Below the pieces are notes generated by a model, which searched no databases, was not told the origin of the DNA, and was given only the letters and a program-made list of their open reading frames with translations. The translations under genes were made by a program, and so were the position numbers. Shown in pieces: positions 1-13,500 of a DNA stretch of 64,000 nt. Source of the stretch: Lama glama (Eukaryota); NCBI GenBank assembly GCA_028534125.1, contig CM052818.1, positions 622,001-686,000 on the forward strand, given 5' to 3'. Within the stretch, counting starts at the first letter, position 1. Each line of letters opens with the position of its first letter.

Positions 1-366
1 ACAGGTCCACACTTGCTGCTCATGTTTTTACACGCCTGCCATCCCACACCTCTGACCTCGGTGCTGAGCTCCCAAAAGCAAGCAGCTGTCCTGGGTGTCC
101 TGGACGGCACTGTGCTGAAGCCTGGAAGAGCAGTCGCTTAGCAGTCAGGATGCCTGGCCCTTGAGGCGGTGTGTGCCTGGCGAGCGTCAGCTTCTCCAGC
201 CGTGGAGTGGACATGGCACACCCCCCGGGGGAGTGCTGTGAACATACTCGCTGGCGCCTAACTGCCTCTTGCCCGGAGAGGTTCTAGGAGGGAGGTTAGT
301 TTCCGCTGTGCGGAGTTCGCCAGGCGGGGCTGCTCTGGAGACACGTGCCTCCTCTTCTGTCCGTAG

Positions 367-456
367 GAGGAAGTGCTCCGGAAGAGCTTCCAGGACCTGG
401 CCACCGAAGTGGCTCCCCTGTACAAGCGGCTGGCCCCCCAGGCCTATCAGAACCAG
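367..456 (+). CDS. TET3: TET3 methylcytosine dioxygenase, internal coding exon (catalytic domain)
   Basis: Acceptor ccgtag|GAG and donor CAG|gtac. 90 nt encoding [30 protein letters not shown], recognisable TET3 sequence. Confidence 0.96.
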
Positions 457-701
457 GTACGGGGGCTGGGGCTGTCCTCTGGCCGCCGGGGAAGCGGGAG
501 AGGAAGGCCCAGCCCGCGGGAGATCCCCCTTGTTCACACCAAGCAGACACGTCCCGGACCTGTCTCCCCCTCCCCGGTCTCCTCCTCTCTCCCCCTGAGT
601 ACTCCTCCACCTCTTCTGGTCTGGTTTCTACTGGGGAGGCTCAGGTTTCTCTCACAGGTCACCCCCACCCCCCCAGAAGAGGTGAGGGGGACTTGAGGTA
701 A

Positions 702-1265
<564 letters not shown>

Positions 1266-1274
1266 TGAGCACTT

Positions 1275-2060
1275 GATTCATTCATTGAGCAGACGTTCAC
1301 TGTGCCCCAGGTACTGCCCTAGATGCTGGGGAATAAAATGGACAGAGAGCTGCCCAAGTGTGTGAAGTGATGTCCAGCAGCTGGAAGGCCGTGGGGAGAG
1401 AGGGAGTGGGGCAAGGGGTGGAATGGCAGCAGGTGCTGTTTTTGGTCAGGTGGAAAGAGGCCTCTCTGAGGAGGGGCACCTGAGCAGAGATGCGAAAGTA
1501 AGTGGCTGAATATGTGAGCCGGAGAGCTCCAGGCAGAAGGACCAGCCAGGCAAAGGCTCAGAGAATGAGAGTAGAGGGGCAGCCGGGGGTGAGGTCGCAG
1601 GGAGCAGGGGAGGCCCTGAGTGGGATGGGAAGCCCTGGCGGGCTTTTCAGCTGGGAATGCTGAGATCTCATTTATAAAGTCAGAAGCCCTCTCTTGCTCC
1701 TGCAGGTGGAGAATAGACTATGTTGGGGGCTAGGGGTAAGTGAGGGAGGATCAGAGGAAGGAGGCCAGCTAGGAGGCTGGGACAGTAATCCTCACCAGAG
1801 GTGGCAGGGCTTTGACAGGAGTCAGGGTGGGGTGGGGAGTAATTGGACAGATTTTGGGTGATTTTGAAGGTAAAGCTGAGAGTATTTACTGATGGGCTGG
1901 ACATAGGATGTGTGAGTTGCATGAGCAACTGGGCAGGTGTTGGTGTTATTTACTGAGATGTAGAACCACAGGAGAAGACCAGTTTTGGGGTGAAAAATCA
2001 AAAATTCTGTTTTGAAATGCCTCAGAGGACTACTTGCAGACGGAGCGGAGTGGAGGGTGC
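1275..2060 (-). mobile_element. L2 LINE fragments in a TET3 intron
   Basis: ttcattcattgagc...tgtgccccaggtactgccctagatgctgggg and ...gattttgaaggtaaagctga...tttactgatgggctgga resemble L2 3' regions. Boundaries are approximate. Confidence 0.6.
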
Positions 2061-3349
2061 AGATGGAGAAGAGGGGAGGTTTGCGCTTGGGTGGGGCACC
2101 CTCGGGGGGCGATGTGGCTCTCTTCTCTGCATTTTAACTAGGTCCTAGGAGACAGGGCTCCCAGGGGCTGTAGACGAGGTCAGGGCACTGGCGTGTCCAT
2201 CTGAGAGGGGCTCCCGGAGTCTGGGTGCAGCTCGTGTCCCCATGGGGTGGATGACCCAACCCTAGAACGTCATTTCTCCACCTTTTCTTCCTTCCCCATG
2301 TCCAAGAGTGAGAAGCAAAGTGGGGCCGGCTTCTGTCCCCACTGTGTGGTGAGGGCTTCTGGCTGAGATGTAGAGAAAGGGGGGCCCCTCCAGAATTGGG
2401 AGAGAGCAGGAAGGAGGAAGGGGGCATTGGGAGATACGAGCACAGTGAGTTATTCGGATCCCAGAGCTTCTAGAGTTTAGAGTGAAAAAAAATCTTTTTT
2501 TTTCCAAAATGAATATTTTTTCTAGTTAAACAATTATTCATATTGTAAAAAAAATTTTAATATGAGGAAGTATAAATAAAGCAAAAAATTGCGTGAAATC
2601 TCATAGATAACTTGTGTTAGCATTGTGCTGACCATCCATCCAGACCCCTGAATGTACGAGTGTGGACACAGCTGTATACACAGAGGGTTCACGTCATGTG
2701 TACGTGCTGCTTCTTGCTCTCCGTAACTCAGGACAGCTTTCCGTGTCAGTGGATGTAGGTTTGCTTCCGCATGCTCTAAGGCTGTGAGTACAGCTCTGCC
2801 ACCATTTACTGACCAGCCCCCCGTGGATGGACAATCAGTGCTTTCCCACTCCCCTCTATAAACCACAGGGAGGGCACCCTCGGCACAGCTGTGTGCAGCG
2901 GCCCCAGGGTGAGGACCTTTCCAGGCTTGGAGTGCCCATTTGGCAGCTCACTGGGCAGCAGTAGGTTTGGTCAGGAGGCAGAGAGGGGAGAGGGTGGCCC
3001 AGAGCTTTACTGGGGTTTCTGGGAGAGGAGTGGGCAAGGCAGGGAGATGAAGCTAAGCGGTTTAGGTCTGGAGAGTCTGAGGAGTTTCTGCAGGCTCTGG
3101 GCTGTGGGAGTGGTCCCTGGTTGTCTCTACCTGGCCCTGGGTGATTTAGGGCAGGGAGAACATTTGCCTGGGATGTGAGGGTTTGATAAAGGAGACACTT
3201 AGGGGCGGGAGCCCTGGGTGGGTTTGCTTGCATGTCAGAGGTGCAGTGGCAGAGGGCCCCTTGCCATCTTTAGGAATTAGCTTGGCCTTAGAGGAAGGAC
3301 AGTGCCTCCAGGGTCAAGGCCCCAAATGCCAGAACATCAAGAGTACAGA

Positions 3350-3550
3350 GACTAAGCAGCAGGTTCATACTGTGCAGCCCAGGGGGCTGTATTCAATGCC
3401 TTATAGTAACTTACGGTGAAAAAGAATATGAAAATGAATATATGTATGTTCCTGTGTGACCGAGGCACTGTGCTGTACACCAGAAATTGACACAACATTG
3501 TAAACTGACTACACTTCAATAAAAATAGAAAACAAAACAAAACAAAAAAA
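3350..3550 (+). mobile_element. Young L1 3' end (5'-truncated)
   Basis: gaaaaagaatatgaaaatgaatatatgtatg...tgctgtacaccagaaattgacacaacattgtaaactgactacacttcaataaaa followed by an A-rich tail. The same sequence recurs at 20600, 22135 and 33238. Confidence 0.8.
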
Positions 3551-4911
3551 CAAGAAGAGAGCTCGGTCTGACACCCAGTATTTAGGAAGGACATAATCTC
3601 AGGACACAGGGTGATTCTCAGGAGTGGCCGTTGGGCAGCTTTACAGTGGCCGTTGCTTGGAGAGGGCGGCCCTCGTAGGGAAAACGGGGGTGGTCATAAC
3701 AGTGCCCCACTGGGTTGCCGTTAGGAATAAAAGAGTCATTACCGTGTCTGCCTCAGAGTTATCATTCAGTAAACTTTAGTGATTATTAAAAAAAAAAGAA
3801 TACAGAAAATAAAACAAAGTCAATACAAGAGTAAAAAATTAACTTGAGAAAAAAAATCAAACCTTATTAGTAATCAGAGAAACATACCAACAATGAGATA
3901 CGTTTTGATAATGAGCAAAAAGTTTTAAAGAAATTAATGGCAAGAGTATCAGCAAAAGTATAAGAAAATTAAGCTCATACTGCCCGTGTGAGTGAGACAC
4001 TGATGATAATCATTTTGGAGGGCAGTTTGGCAACAAGTGACAATTCTGCCTCACAGCATTTATTCTGAGGCATTAAGTACCTTAGAAAATTCAGCTAAAA
4101 GGATGAAAGTATTATTTATGATAGGGGAGAACTGGAAACAGGTTTAAATGGTAGTGAGGAATCCGTTAAATAAGCCAACACGTTGACATAATAGAATATT
4201 ACTGTGTAGTTCTTAAACCATATTGGGGAAGAATATTTAACGTGTATGAAAACATGTTAAGAAAAACTGTGAAAACTGTGTTAAGAAAAATCAAAGTTAT
4301 TCTAAAACTGTATGCATAATATATATGATCCTATTTAGTTACCAAGAGGTGAGCGTGTCTGTGTGGATACATGTGTATGACCACCTGCTTACAGTGGTTA
4401 TTTCAGGTTGGTGCGATAATGGAGGTAATTTTTATGCCCTTTGTGCTGGCCTACATTTTCTGCAACCAGCACATATAGTTTTCAATTTTAAGAGCTAAAG
4501 GAGGTCGAATGTGGAGGGCAAGGAGGATAATGGTGTGAGGTCGGGACTAGGAGATGGCGTGTAGTGGCAGTGATGGCCGTGGGGGCAGAGCACATCTCCC
4601 AGTCCTGACCTGGCCCCTTTCCAGCCACTTGACCCTGGGCCAGTCATCTCATCCCCTCTCTGCCTTATTAGGTTCACATGAGACAAAGTGCTGTGAAAGC
4701 TGTAGAGCAGACTCTGAATGTGGGTGATACTGTCACTGCCTGCTTCCAGACACATGTGCTCTTTAGACACTCTGGAAAGTGATGGTGGCTCGCTGGGGTT
4801 GCGACTGTGTGGGGAAGGGGGCGGTCTCGGATGCAGGATGCTCAGCCACTCCCTCCCAGCGCCGGGCTCCCCCAAACCCGCGCGCCCTCCCTCCCTCTCT
4901 GCTTGGGGCAG

Positions 4912-5248
4912 GTCTGCACCCTGACCAAGGAAGACAATCGCTGCGTGGGCAGGATTCCCGAGGACGAGCAGCTGCACGTGCTCCCGCTGTACAAGATGGC
5001 CAACACGGACGAGTTTGGCAGTGAGGAGAACCAGAACGCCAAGGTGGGCAGCGGGGCCATCCAGGTGCTCACCGCCTTCCCCCGCGAGGTCCGGCGTCTG
5101 CCTGAGCCCGCCAAGTCGTGCCGCCAGCGGCAGCTGGAAGCCAGGAGGGCAGCGGCCGAGAAGAAGAAGATTCAGAAGGAGAAGCTGAGCACCCCTGAGA
5201 AGATCAAGCAGGAGGCCCTGGAGCTGGCCGGCATCTCCACTGACCCAG
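4912..5248 (+). CDS. TET3: TET3 penultimate coding exon
   Basis: Acceptor ggcag|GTC and donor CCAG|gtgtg. 337 nt, phase-1 end, encoding [30 protein letters not shown]...ELAGISTDP. Confidence 0.96.
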
Positions 5249-5759
5249 GTGTGTGGGGAGAGGCTGCCCGGCAGGGGTGGCGCCCACGCTGTGGAGAGGG
5301 GACACCCTCGATGGTTCCCTCACTGCCCTTCTTCCTGCCTTGAGACAGAATTCCAGACAGGAAAGTACTGGGGTCTCTCCCAGCCACCTGGACCATCCCA
5401 TTACCTTAATTTTGTCAGTCAGCATGACGTCCACAGAAGGGCCGGGACACCAGACCTGACAAGGAGCTGGGTGTCCCCTGAGGGCTGCGGGGAGTCCGCA
5501 GTGGGCAGCCCGGGGGGCTGCGGTGAGGCCGGGTGGAGCTGGCCAGGGTCGGAGGAGGAGGAGGAGCGACACTCGCAGGGCTTGGGTGGGCCGGGGCCTG
5601 TGCCGAGTGGCACGGGAGGGGGTCCAGCCCGGCCTGTCCGGCCTGCCCCGCAGCGGAAGCCCCTCGGGGGAGGAGAGGGCTTCCCTCCCCGCCCCTCCTC
5701 CAGGGCCTGGGCTGTGGTTCTCCGTTCTCCTTCTCTGTCTTGCCTCCTGTCTTCCTCAG

Positions 5760-7549
5760 GCCTGTCTCTAAAGGGCGGGTTGTCCCAGCCAAGCCTGAGG
5801 CCCTCCCTCAAGATGGAGCCGCAGAACCACTTCAGCTCCTTCAAGTACGGCAGCAACGCGGTGGTGGAGAGCTACTCGGTGCTGGGCAACTGCCGGCCCT
5901 CCGACCCCTACAGCGTGAGCAGCGTGTACTCCTACCACTCCTACTATGCACAGCCCGGCCTGGCCTCCGTCAACGGCTTCCACTCCAAGTACTCTCTTCC
6001 CTCCTTCAGCTACTACGGCTTTCCCTCCAGCAACCCCGTCTTCCCCTCTCAGTTCCTGGGTTCTGGTGCCTGGGGGCACAGTGGCAGCAGTGGCAGTTTT
6101 GAGAAGAAGCCAGACCTCCACGCTCTGCACAGCAGCCTGAGCCCGGCCTACGGTGGTGCTGAGTTTGCCGAGCTGCCTGGCCAGGCTGTTCCCACAGACG
6201 CGCACCACCCCACTCCTCACCACCAGCAGCCTGCTTACCCAGGCCCCAAGGAGTACCTGCTTCCCAAGGCCCCCCAGATCCACCCAGTGTCCAGGGACCC
6301 CTCTCCCTTTGCACAGAGCTCCAGTTGCTACAACAGATCCATCAAGCAAGAGCCGATAGATCCACTGGTCCAGACCGAATCTGTACCCAGGGAGCCTGGT
6401 AAGATGGGCAGAACGCCTTTGCCCGAGGCGTCTCAGAATGGGGGACCCAGCCACCTATGGGGACAGTACTCAGGAGGCCCAAGCATATCCCCCAAGAGGA
6501 CTAACAGTGTGGGTGGCAGCTGGGGCATGTTCCCTTCTGCGGAGAGCCCTGCCATTGTCCCAGATAAGCTCGGTTCTTTCGGGGCTGGCTGCCTGCCCCC
6601 TTCCCACTTCCCGGACGGCCAGCATCAGTGGGCGTTGCTCCCTGGCGAGGGACAGCAGCCAGCTCCCCAGCCTGGAGGACGGCTGCGAGGCAAACCGTGG
6701 AGCCCCTGCAAGTTTGGGAACAACACCTCGGCCTTGGCTGGGCCCGGCCTGACTGAGAAGCCATGGGGGCTAGGGGCAGGGGAGTTCAACTCTGCCCTGA
6801 AAGGTGGTCCTGGCTTCCAAGACAAGTTGTGGAGCCCCCTGAAAGGGGAGGAGGGGAGGATTCCAACCCCGGGGGCGAGCCAGCTGGACAAAGCCTGGCA
6901 GTCCTTCGGCATGCCCCTGGGCTCCAGCGAGAAGCTGTTTGGGGCCCTGAAGTCCGAGGAGAAGCTGTGGGATCCCTTCAGCCTGGAGGAAGGGGAGGCC
7001 GAGGGGCCCCCCAACAAGGGGGCGGTGAAGGAGGAGAAGGGCGGCGGGGGTGCCGAGCAGGAGGAGGAGGAGCTGTGGTCAGACAGCGAGCACAACTTCC
7101 TGGACGAGAACATCGGCGGCGTGGCCGTGGCCCCCGCCCACGGCTCCATCCTCATCGAGTGTGCCCGGCGGGAGCTGCACGCCACCACGCCCCTCAAGAA
7201 GCCCAACCGCTGCCACCCCACCCGCATCTCGCTGGTCTTCTACCAGCACAAGAACCTCAACCAGCCCAACCACGGGCTGGCCCTCTGGGAGGCCAAGATG
7301 AAGCAGCTGGCCGAGAGGGCGCGGGCGCGGCAGGAGGAGGCCGCCCGGCTGGGCCTGGGCCAGCAGGAGGCCAAGCTCTACGGGAAGAAGCGCAAGTGGG
7401 GGGGCGTGCTGGTTGGCGAGCCCCAGCAGAAGGAGAAGAAGGGGATCGTCCCCACGCGGCAGGCGCTGGCTGTGCCCACGGACTCAGCCGTCACCGTGTC
7501 CTCCTATGCCTACACGAAGGTCACCGGCCCCTACAGCCGCTGGATCTAG
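5760..7549 (+). CDS. TET3: TET3 terminal coding exon (low-complexity insert and C-terminal half of the DSBH domain)
   Basis: Polypyrimidine tract then cctcag|GC, continuing phase 1 (GLSLKGG...). Contains [26 protein letters not shown] and [12 protein letters not shown] (third Fe ligand His and 2-OG-binding Arg), the basic KKRK motif and the C-terminus [12 protein letters not shown] at 7547-7549. Confidence 0.97.
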
Positions 7550-10500
7550 GCGCCAGGGTGCCGGGGAGCCAGTGTACCTCAGCGTCGGGCCCGGCCCGAG
7601 CTGCCTCTGTGGTGCTTTTGCCCTCACACCTGGGGGCGGGTTGGGGGTGCAGAAGTCTTTTTATCTATATATACATATATAGATACGCATATATATGTAT
7701 TTATGGTCCAAACCTCAGAACTGACCCGCCCCCCCCTTCCCCAGCACTTTGAAGAAGAAACTACGGCTGTCGGGTGATTTTTTCGTGATCTTAATATTTA
7801 TATCTCCACGTTGGTTTTTTTCCCCCTTGTTTGGGGGGGCCTTTATTTTCTCTTGTTTTTAAAACTCTATCCTTGTATATCACAATAATGGAAAGAAAGT
7901 TTATAGTGTCCTTTCACAAAGGAGTAGTTTTAAATTCCATTTAAAATGTGTATTTATTGGATTTTTTTAAAGTGACAATTGTAATGGTAAAGGATCGGCA
8001 GGAAAGGCCAGAAGCACTCACCCTGCCCAGGTGTGCTGGGCCGGTGTGCCTGGCCCTCTTGGGAGCTGACGAGGTTCGTCTCAGCCATCTGCCCCTCATG
8101 AGCCAAGTGCAGGTTGTAGCCACCCACTGCATCCCTCCTGACAGACATGCCTTCCCTTCAGGGGAGGGCACCCTCAGGACAGCTTCTGTCCTCTCCAGTA
8201 GGATGGGAGAATCTGTAGAAAAACATCTGGGGTCCCTTTTCCAGTCACCGGCTCGGAGTCGGGGATGGAGGGGGCAGGTGCACCCCAGGCCAGGCACCTG
8301 AGATGCTGGCATAGATTTCCCCAGAAACCAGGTTGGAAGTAGACAGCTTCAAGCTTGCTAGTCTCCACACTGAATCCTCTCTGTCCCTTGTCTATCCAGT
8401 CACGTGGTATCACAGTCCCCTTGGCAGCACCTTGGGACGGAGCTGGAATCGACAGGTTCTCCAGAGCCTTTCCCATCGAGCTGACCAGCCAATGAATGCT
8501 GGCTGGAGGAATTTGTCTTAGTGGCAGGTTTAAAAAAAAAAAAAAAGCCCCAAAGTCTATGCTGATCCAGAAAAGGGCTACTGTATCTAAAAACAAGAAG
8601 TCGAACCCAAGCTGTGAAAAGCCGGCGGTGCTGTGCGCAGCACTGCGCGGAGCCTGGTGCTGCAGTGCTGTGCAGGGACCCTTGTTGCGGGCAGGCCGCC
8701 CGCCGGGAGCCCCGCGCGCCATTGTGACAGCAGCTAACGCATCTCCTGACCCCTGGATTTTACATTGGACGATGGTGCATGCCTCACCCCCCGAGCCCAC
8801 GCCCTCCATGCTGTCTTCTGGGGCGTGGGCCTACACTTAACAATTTTAAAGTGCAAGAGTCAAACATTTTTCAGCAGGTAGCTATGATTTTCCTCCCTGA
8901 TTGGTGCCATTTCTCTATTTGGTCGTTTCCTCCTTCCCTTCCTCCCCTCTCCACCCACCTTATCATGCCCGCTCTAAAATTCTGGTGCATTCGTTCAGTT
9001 CTTTGAAATGAGAATGTGGTGCTTAATTTTTTCGACATTGTCGAGAGAGGTTGGGCCTGACGGGTGGAAGAAACATTCGTCGACAGCGCATCAAAACTTC
9101 ATGGAGTGTTGTTTTTCCTGTGGTATTATTAGCAGAAATTATACCGAGAAATTATACCCATGCGGATGCGTGTGGTGAACGGGAGGCTTCGTAAGGACAC
9201 AGAGGGGAATATGGCCACACAGTGAGTGACAGCCAAGCCCTGAGAGAAACAGCAGATACTTATTGAGCAGTTTTGTTCAGATGTGGGTCTTCATAAAATG
9301 AGCTTAACAATCAGATGACGATGCTAAAGGCAAGTTCCTGAGCTTCCAGGTGCCTTGTGTAAGAGCTGAGAACCGCCCCGCTGGGTGTTCACTGTCCCTG
9401 TCCCAGAAGCACTGCGGAGAGTCGCTGTGAGACGTCCTGAGCATTTATGTGGTCTGGTTTTAACTGTAAATAGTGAAAAAAAATTTTTTTTAAAGCACTT
9501 TTGCCTAGATTTAAACAGCAACTTGAAAAAAAAAAAAGTATGTTTTAACATGTAATTGTGGGAGAAATTGTAAATAGTAGCTGAATATTTAATGTGCTTT
9601 GTCTATCCTTCACTTTTACCATATTCTGTAAAGTTGCATTTATTTTACAGGACAAAAATGAAATATTATTGCTTTTAAAATAAATACCCAAGAGCTTATC
9701 AGGATTTCGAATTATTCAGAACTCAGATTTATAGGAAAACCTCTGACCTGCAGTTTGACAAGCTAAAGGAAGCAGAGTCTTTAATAAGCATGCTGATTTT
9801 CTAGTTTTGAGGAAAAGTTGGGTCCTTTAAATGCTATTTTGTTTATCACATCAGTACTTTTATGCAGGTCTCATTTGACTCCGTGCTTAGGTAGATGCGG
9901 GGGTGCCTTGAAAACTTCATTTTGAATTTTCTTAAGCAAGAAATACAATATTTTGCAAAACATTTAGAGAATGTGACCGTCTTGTGTGACCCGGGAAAGC
10001 CCCAGGTTGGCTGTTGGTTTGGAAGGTCCCGAGTGTAACCCAGGTGATTCTGATACTTGGCGTGTGACTCTCCCTGCTGTGTGTTCAATAGACTCTTCCC
10101 CTCCTCACCCTTTGGTAGCAAAGCCATTAGATGAAAGGAGAAACCGATGCAAGCTAAAAGCATATGATGTCTGTCCCCTCAGCCCAGACAGCCTTCGGTT
10201 CATAAATTTCTAGATTAGCAACGGGCTGCTGAGAAGTGAGTCAAGAGGCAGTCTCCATTGGACGTCCCCGTTCCCTTCCGAGCGCTGTTTCAGAAATTAG
10301 GTGGTGCTGTTCCCATGCTAGACCCCATGCTGACTTTCACACACTACACGTATAACCTACCTCAAATCTCAGTTGTTAAAATTAGCATGCTTTAGACGTA
10401 TGTTTAAAAAGTAACTATGCACAGCTCTTTATTCCCCTGCCCTTGCTGCTGAAGGTTTCTTAAAAGAGAAAAATCAAATTTTTATTTTTTACTGGCACTA

Positions 10501-13500
10501 TCATTTTTTAAGTCCTAAAGATGATTAACAGACATTTTTATCATGAGAAGAAAAATAAAGCCATTGCAACTAAAGAACCTAACAGCATGACCAAGTTTTA
10601 AGAAGAATATTATAGCAACGGAAATGATGGAGTCTTACAGTCATCTCCCCAGTGTGCCCTGTCCGCAGACGCCATCCACATGCAGTGCAGACATTCGGTT
10701 CTTCTGTTTCGTTTTGTTTTCCCTGCCTTTTGCGTGTAAGAAAAGTGCTTGCAGAGTTCTGTGCTAAGAGGTTTTTAAAGTAAAAATCACCTTGCGGCAG
10801 GTTCTCACAAAATAACTGGTGCTAGCTCAAGAAACCGTTATCCAGCCATCAGAAATCTCAACTAAAGGTGTCCCGTGGATTTTGAGGTGTTGTTGTTGCT
10901 GTTTGGTGTGTTTTTTGGCAGGGCCTAGGTCTCCCACATGCTGGCCTGGTGGGTGCCGCTTTGCCTCCTCACTGAGATGACAGGCGTGCACGGGAGGGGA
11001 AAATACCCCCTTCCTCCCAGCCTTTCCACCAGCCTCTTTTGGAAACAGTTGCTTGCAGAGCAAGGGATTCTTAAAGTGCTAAAGCCAGGAAGGAAGTAGC
11101 AGATCTTAGTTGCTTCGTACCAAACAGCAGTGGGTGTGCGAGGACCAGTGGCAAGGAGCAGATGGTGACCTGATTGCCCTGAGAGAACCCAGCCAGGCTC
11201 TGGGAGGGTGACCGCCACCAGATCTCACAGCAAGGCAGTGCTGGGGAAAGGGAAGATGACAGCCCGACGTGCCTCAACCAGTTGCTCTCCTTTTGTTACT
11301 GAAGTGTGCTTTAGGGACTAGGAAGCATTTTTATGAATTGAAATAGTCTAAATAAAATGGTGCTACGGTGTTTTAAAGTGACTGTCCCTGATCCTGTCCT
11401 GCTGAGGTGCTATAAAGGTTCTGAAACCACAACCAACCAAAAACAAGGTGGGCTCCAGTCTCTCTCGGCTTCCCCCCCCCCCTTTGGTGCTGTCTCCTTA
11501 GACCTCTGTTTACCGTGCTTGAGCCTGCTCTGAGCAGTTCTTCTGTTTTATTGTTCTTCCCTTGCTGGCCAAACAGAAAGGCAATTCTCAAAGACAGCCG
11601 GCCTCCTTACTGTGACGGGAGTGGGCCTGCCTGGCTTGGAGGTGGCAGTGCTCTGGGGTCACATCTGTCCTCTCGGGCCTCATGAGAAAAGAAGGGCGAA
11701 GGGTTTTTGTTTTTTTTTTTTTTAAGGAAGAAGAGTAGGGTACTCCAGTCTCTTCTAACGTGGCAGGCAGTCTCATAGCCAACACACATGTTCCTCCTGA
11801 ATCCAGGGTGCCAAGTAGCTGCCTCTGAGGGTTCCAAAGGTGCTCTGCATGCCACATGGACCAGATGGACCTCCTTCCTCACCTGACACTGGCCAGGACC
11901 ATGGTGCGCCTCGCAGCCTTTGCCCCAGCACTGCTTCTGCCTCCCGTTGGTGACCCCTCACGTTCAGACTAAAGGAAGGGGCTTTCTTTGCTCAACTCTG
12001 TGCCACCGAGGCTGTTTTTAGTTGGTGCTACTCTAAATTTCTTCTTGGATCCACAAAAGTTGATGTTTTAAAAACTCAACAGGAAGCTCCATTCTGTGTG
12101 TCATCCACTGTCACAGTACTTTTTTTTAAATACCTCAAAAACAGGACATTGTGACAACTTTGGTAAAGTAGATTCCACGAGGGTCTGATACCTTCAGGTT
12201 GTCCATTTGCTGACGTACTTGCCCTTGAAGAATCTGGGCTCATTTTATTTTTCATCCTTTAGTTAAAACGGCAAGACGCCTAAAGGAAGGACTGTGGTTG
12301 ACTTTATTTCGTTTTCTTTTTAAGTTTCGCTTGTCGAATAAAATGTGAATTTCCTATGCCCATCTCATTGAGCTTTTTCAGTCTTTGTGCTGTCATTTGA
12401 AATGACTCCCTCAAAACCTAGTTTTATTAACCAGCTGCCTCTGCTGTAGTGCATGGCCAGCTTCAACATACCCTGGACCAAAATGAACATTGTTTTTGGA
12501 GGTGCGTACCCCCAGCATAGGCTATCCGGTCTCCCACCGTGCGTGCGTAGGGAGTGTTTCCCACGTGTCGGCGTCTCGGCGCTCCCAGCCCTTCCTCCCG
12601 CAGAGCTGCCCTCAAGAGCGGAGCCGTAGGCTTCTTCCCTGAGCAGAGACTGCAGCACAGAAATGCAAGGTCTAAAGTTGCTTTTTTGCCTGAGAATCAG
12701 TGAGTGATTTGGCCTACTTCCTCGTTTGCTTCTATTCTGATATCAGGGATGCTTTTTGTAGTGGTATTGTTTGCTCTCGTTTCTCATTTTGACTACCTGT
12801 CATTCAGGGATAACTCATCATCATTCATTCACATGAGAGTTTAAATACTATTTGGCTCATTTGAACGTCCAAATTTTCTTGGTTCCAGTACTTGTTTTTT
12901 TCTTTTGAGGGGAAAAAGGAGGAGAAAAAACAGGAGTGGTGTAGTTTCTTTTTCACATATTCTAATTGAAAAAAAGAAACAAGGGCAGGTCATATTGTGG
13001 CATATTAATGCATTAGACTTAATCTAGAACCCCTGTAGCTTTTTGATGTGTTTTATTTCTTCTCTCTTTGAATTCCTGTTTGGTTACTTGGCTTCCAATG
13101 GAGGTGAACTTAACAACCATACTTGAATATTCCGTCTTGACTTTGTAACTGTGGCTACTTGAAATGAAGTTTATCTGGGGTTGATGGATGAATGGTAGAT
13201 TTTTGCAATGTCTCAAGGCAATAGGATGTGTATTATTAAACTGTAGATATTCTTAGTACAGTAAATTTATGCTGATAATTTTATTTTGTATAATTTTTAC
13301 TTTTTTGTTAATATTTTTTCCTCCCACTTTATTGGTTTGCCTCCCGAGCTACCCTCCTTACCCTCCCTTCTCCCCCAGTGTTTCAGCAGATTTAATTTAG
13401 GGTGCCTAGGAATTGCAAGTATGTATCCTTTTTTGATTTGTATTTTATTATAATTTACACAAACAACTGGGTTTGTGAACTGTATTACTCCTGGTATCTT

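Noticed and set aside
5249..7549. 766-aa ORF as a standalone gene
   Set aside because: It starts at the GT(G) of a splice donor. Residues before 5760 are intronic, and the rest is the TET3 terminal exon.
6763..7752. 329-aa alternative-frame ORF and several antisense ORFs over TET3
   Set aside because: Low-complexity G/A/P/R-rich translations typical of GC-rich coding shadows, with no recognisable domain.
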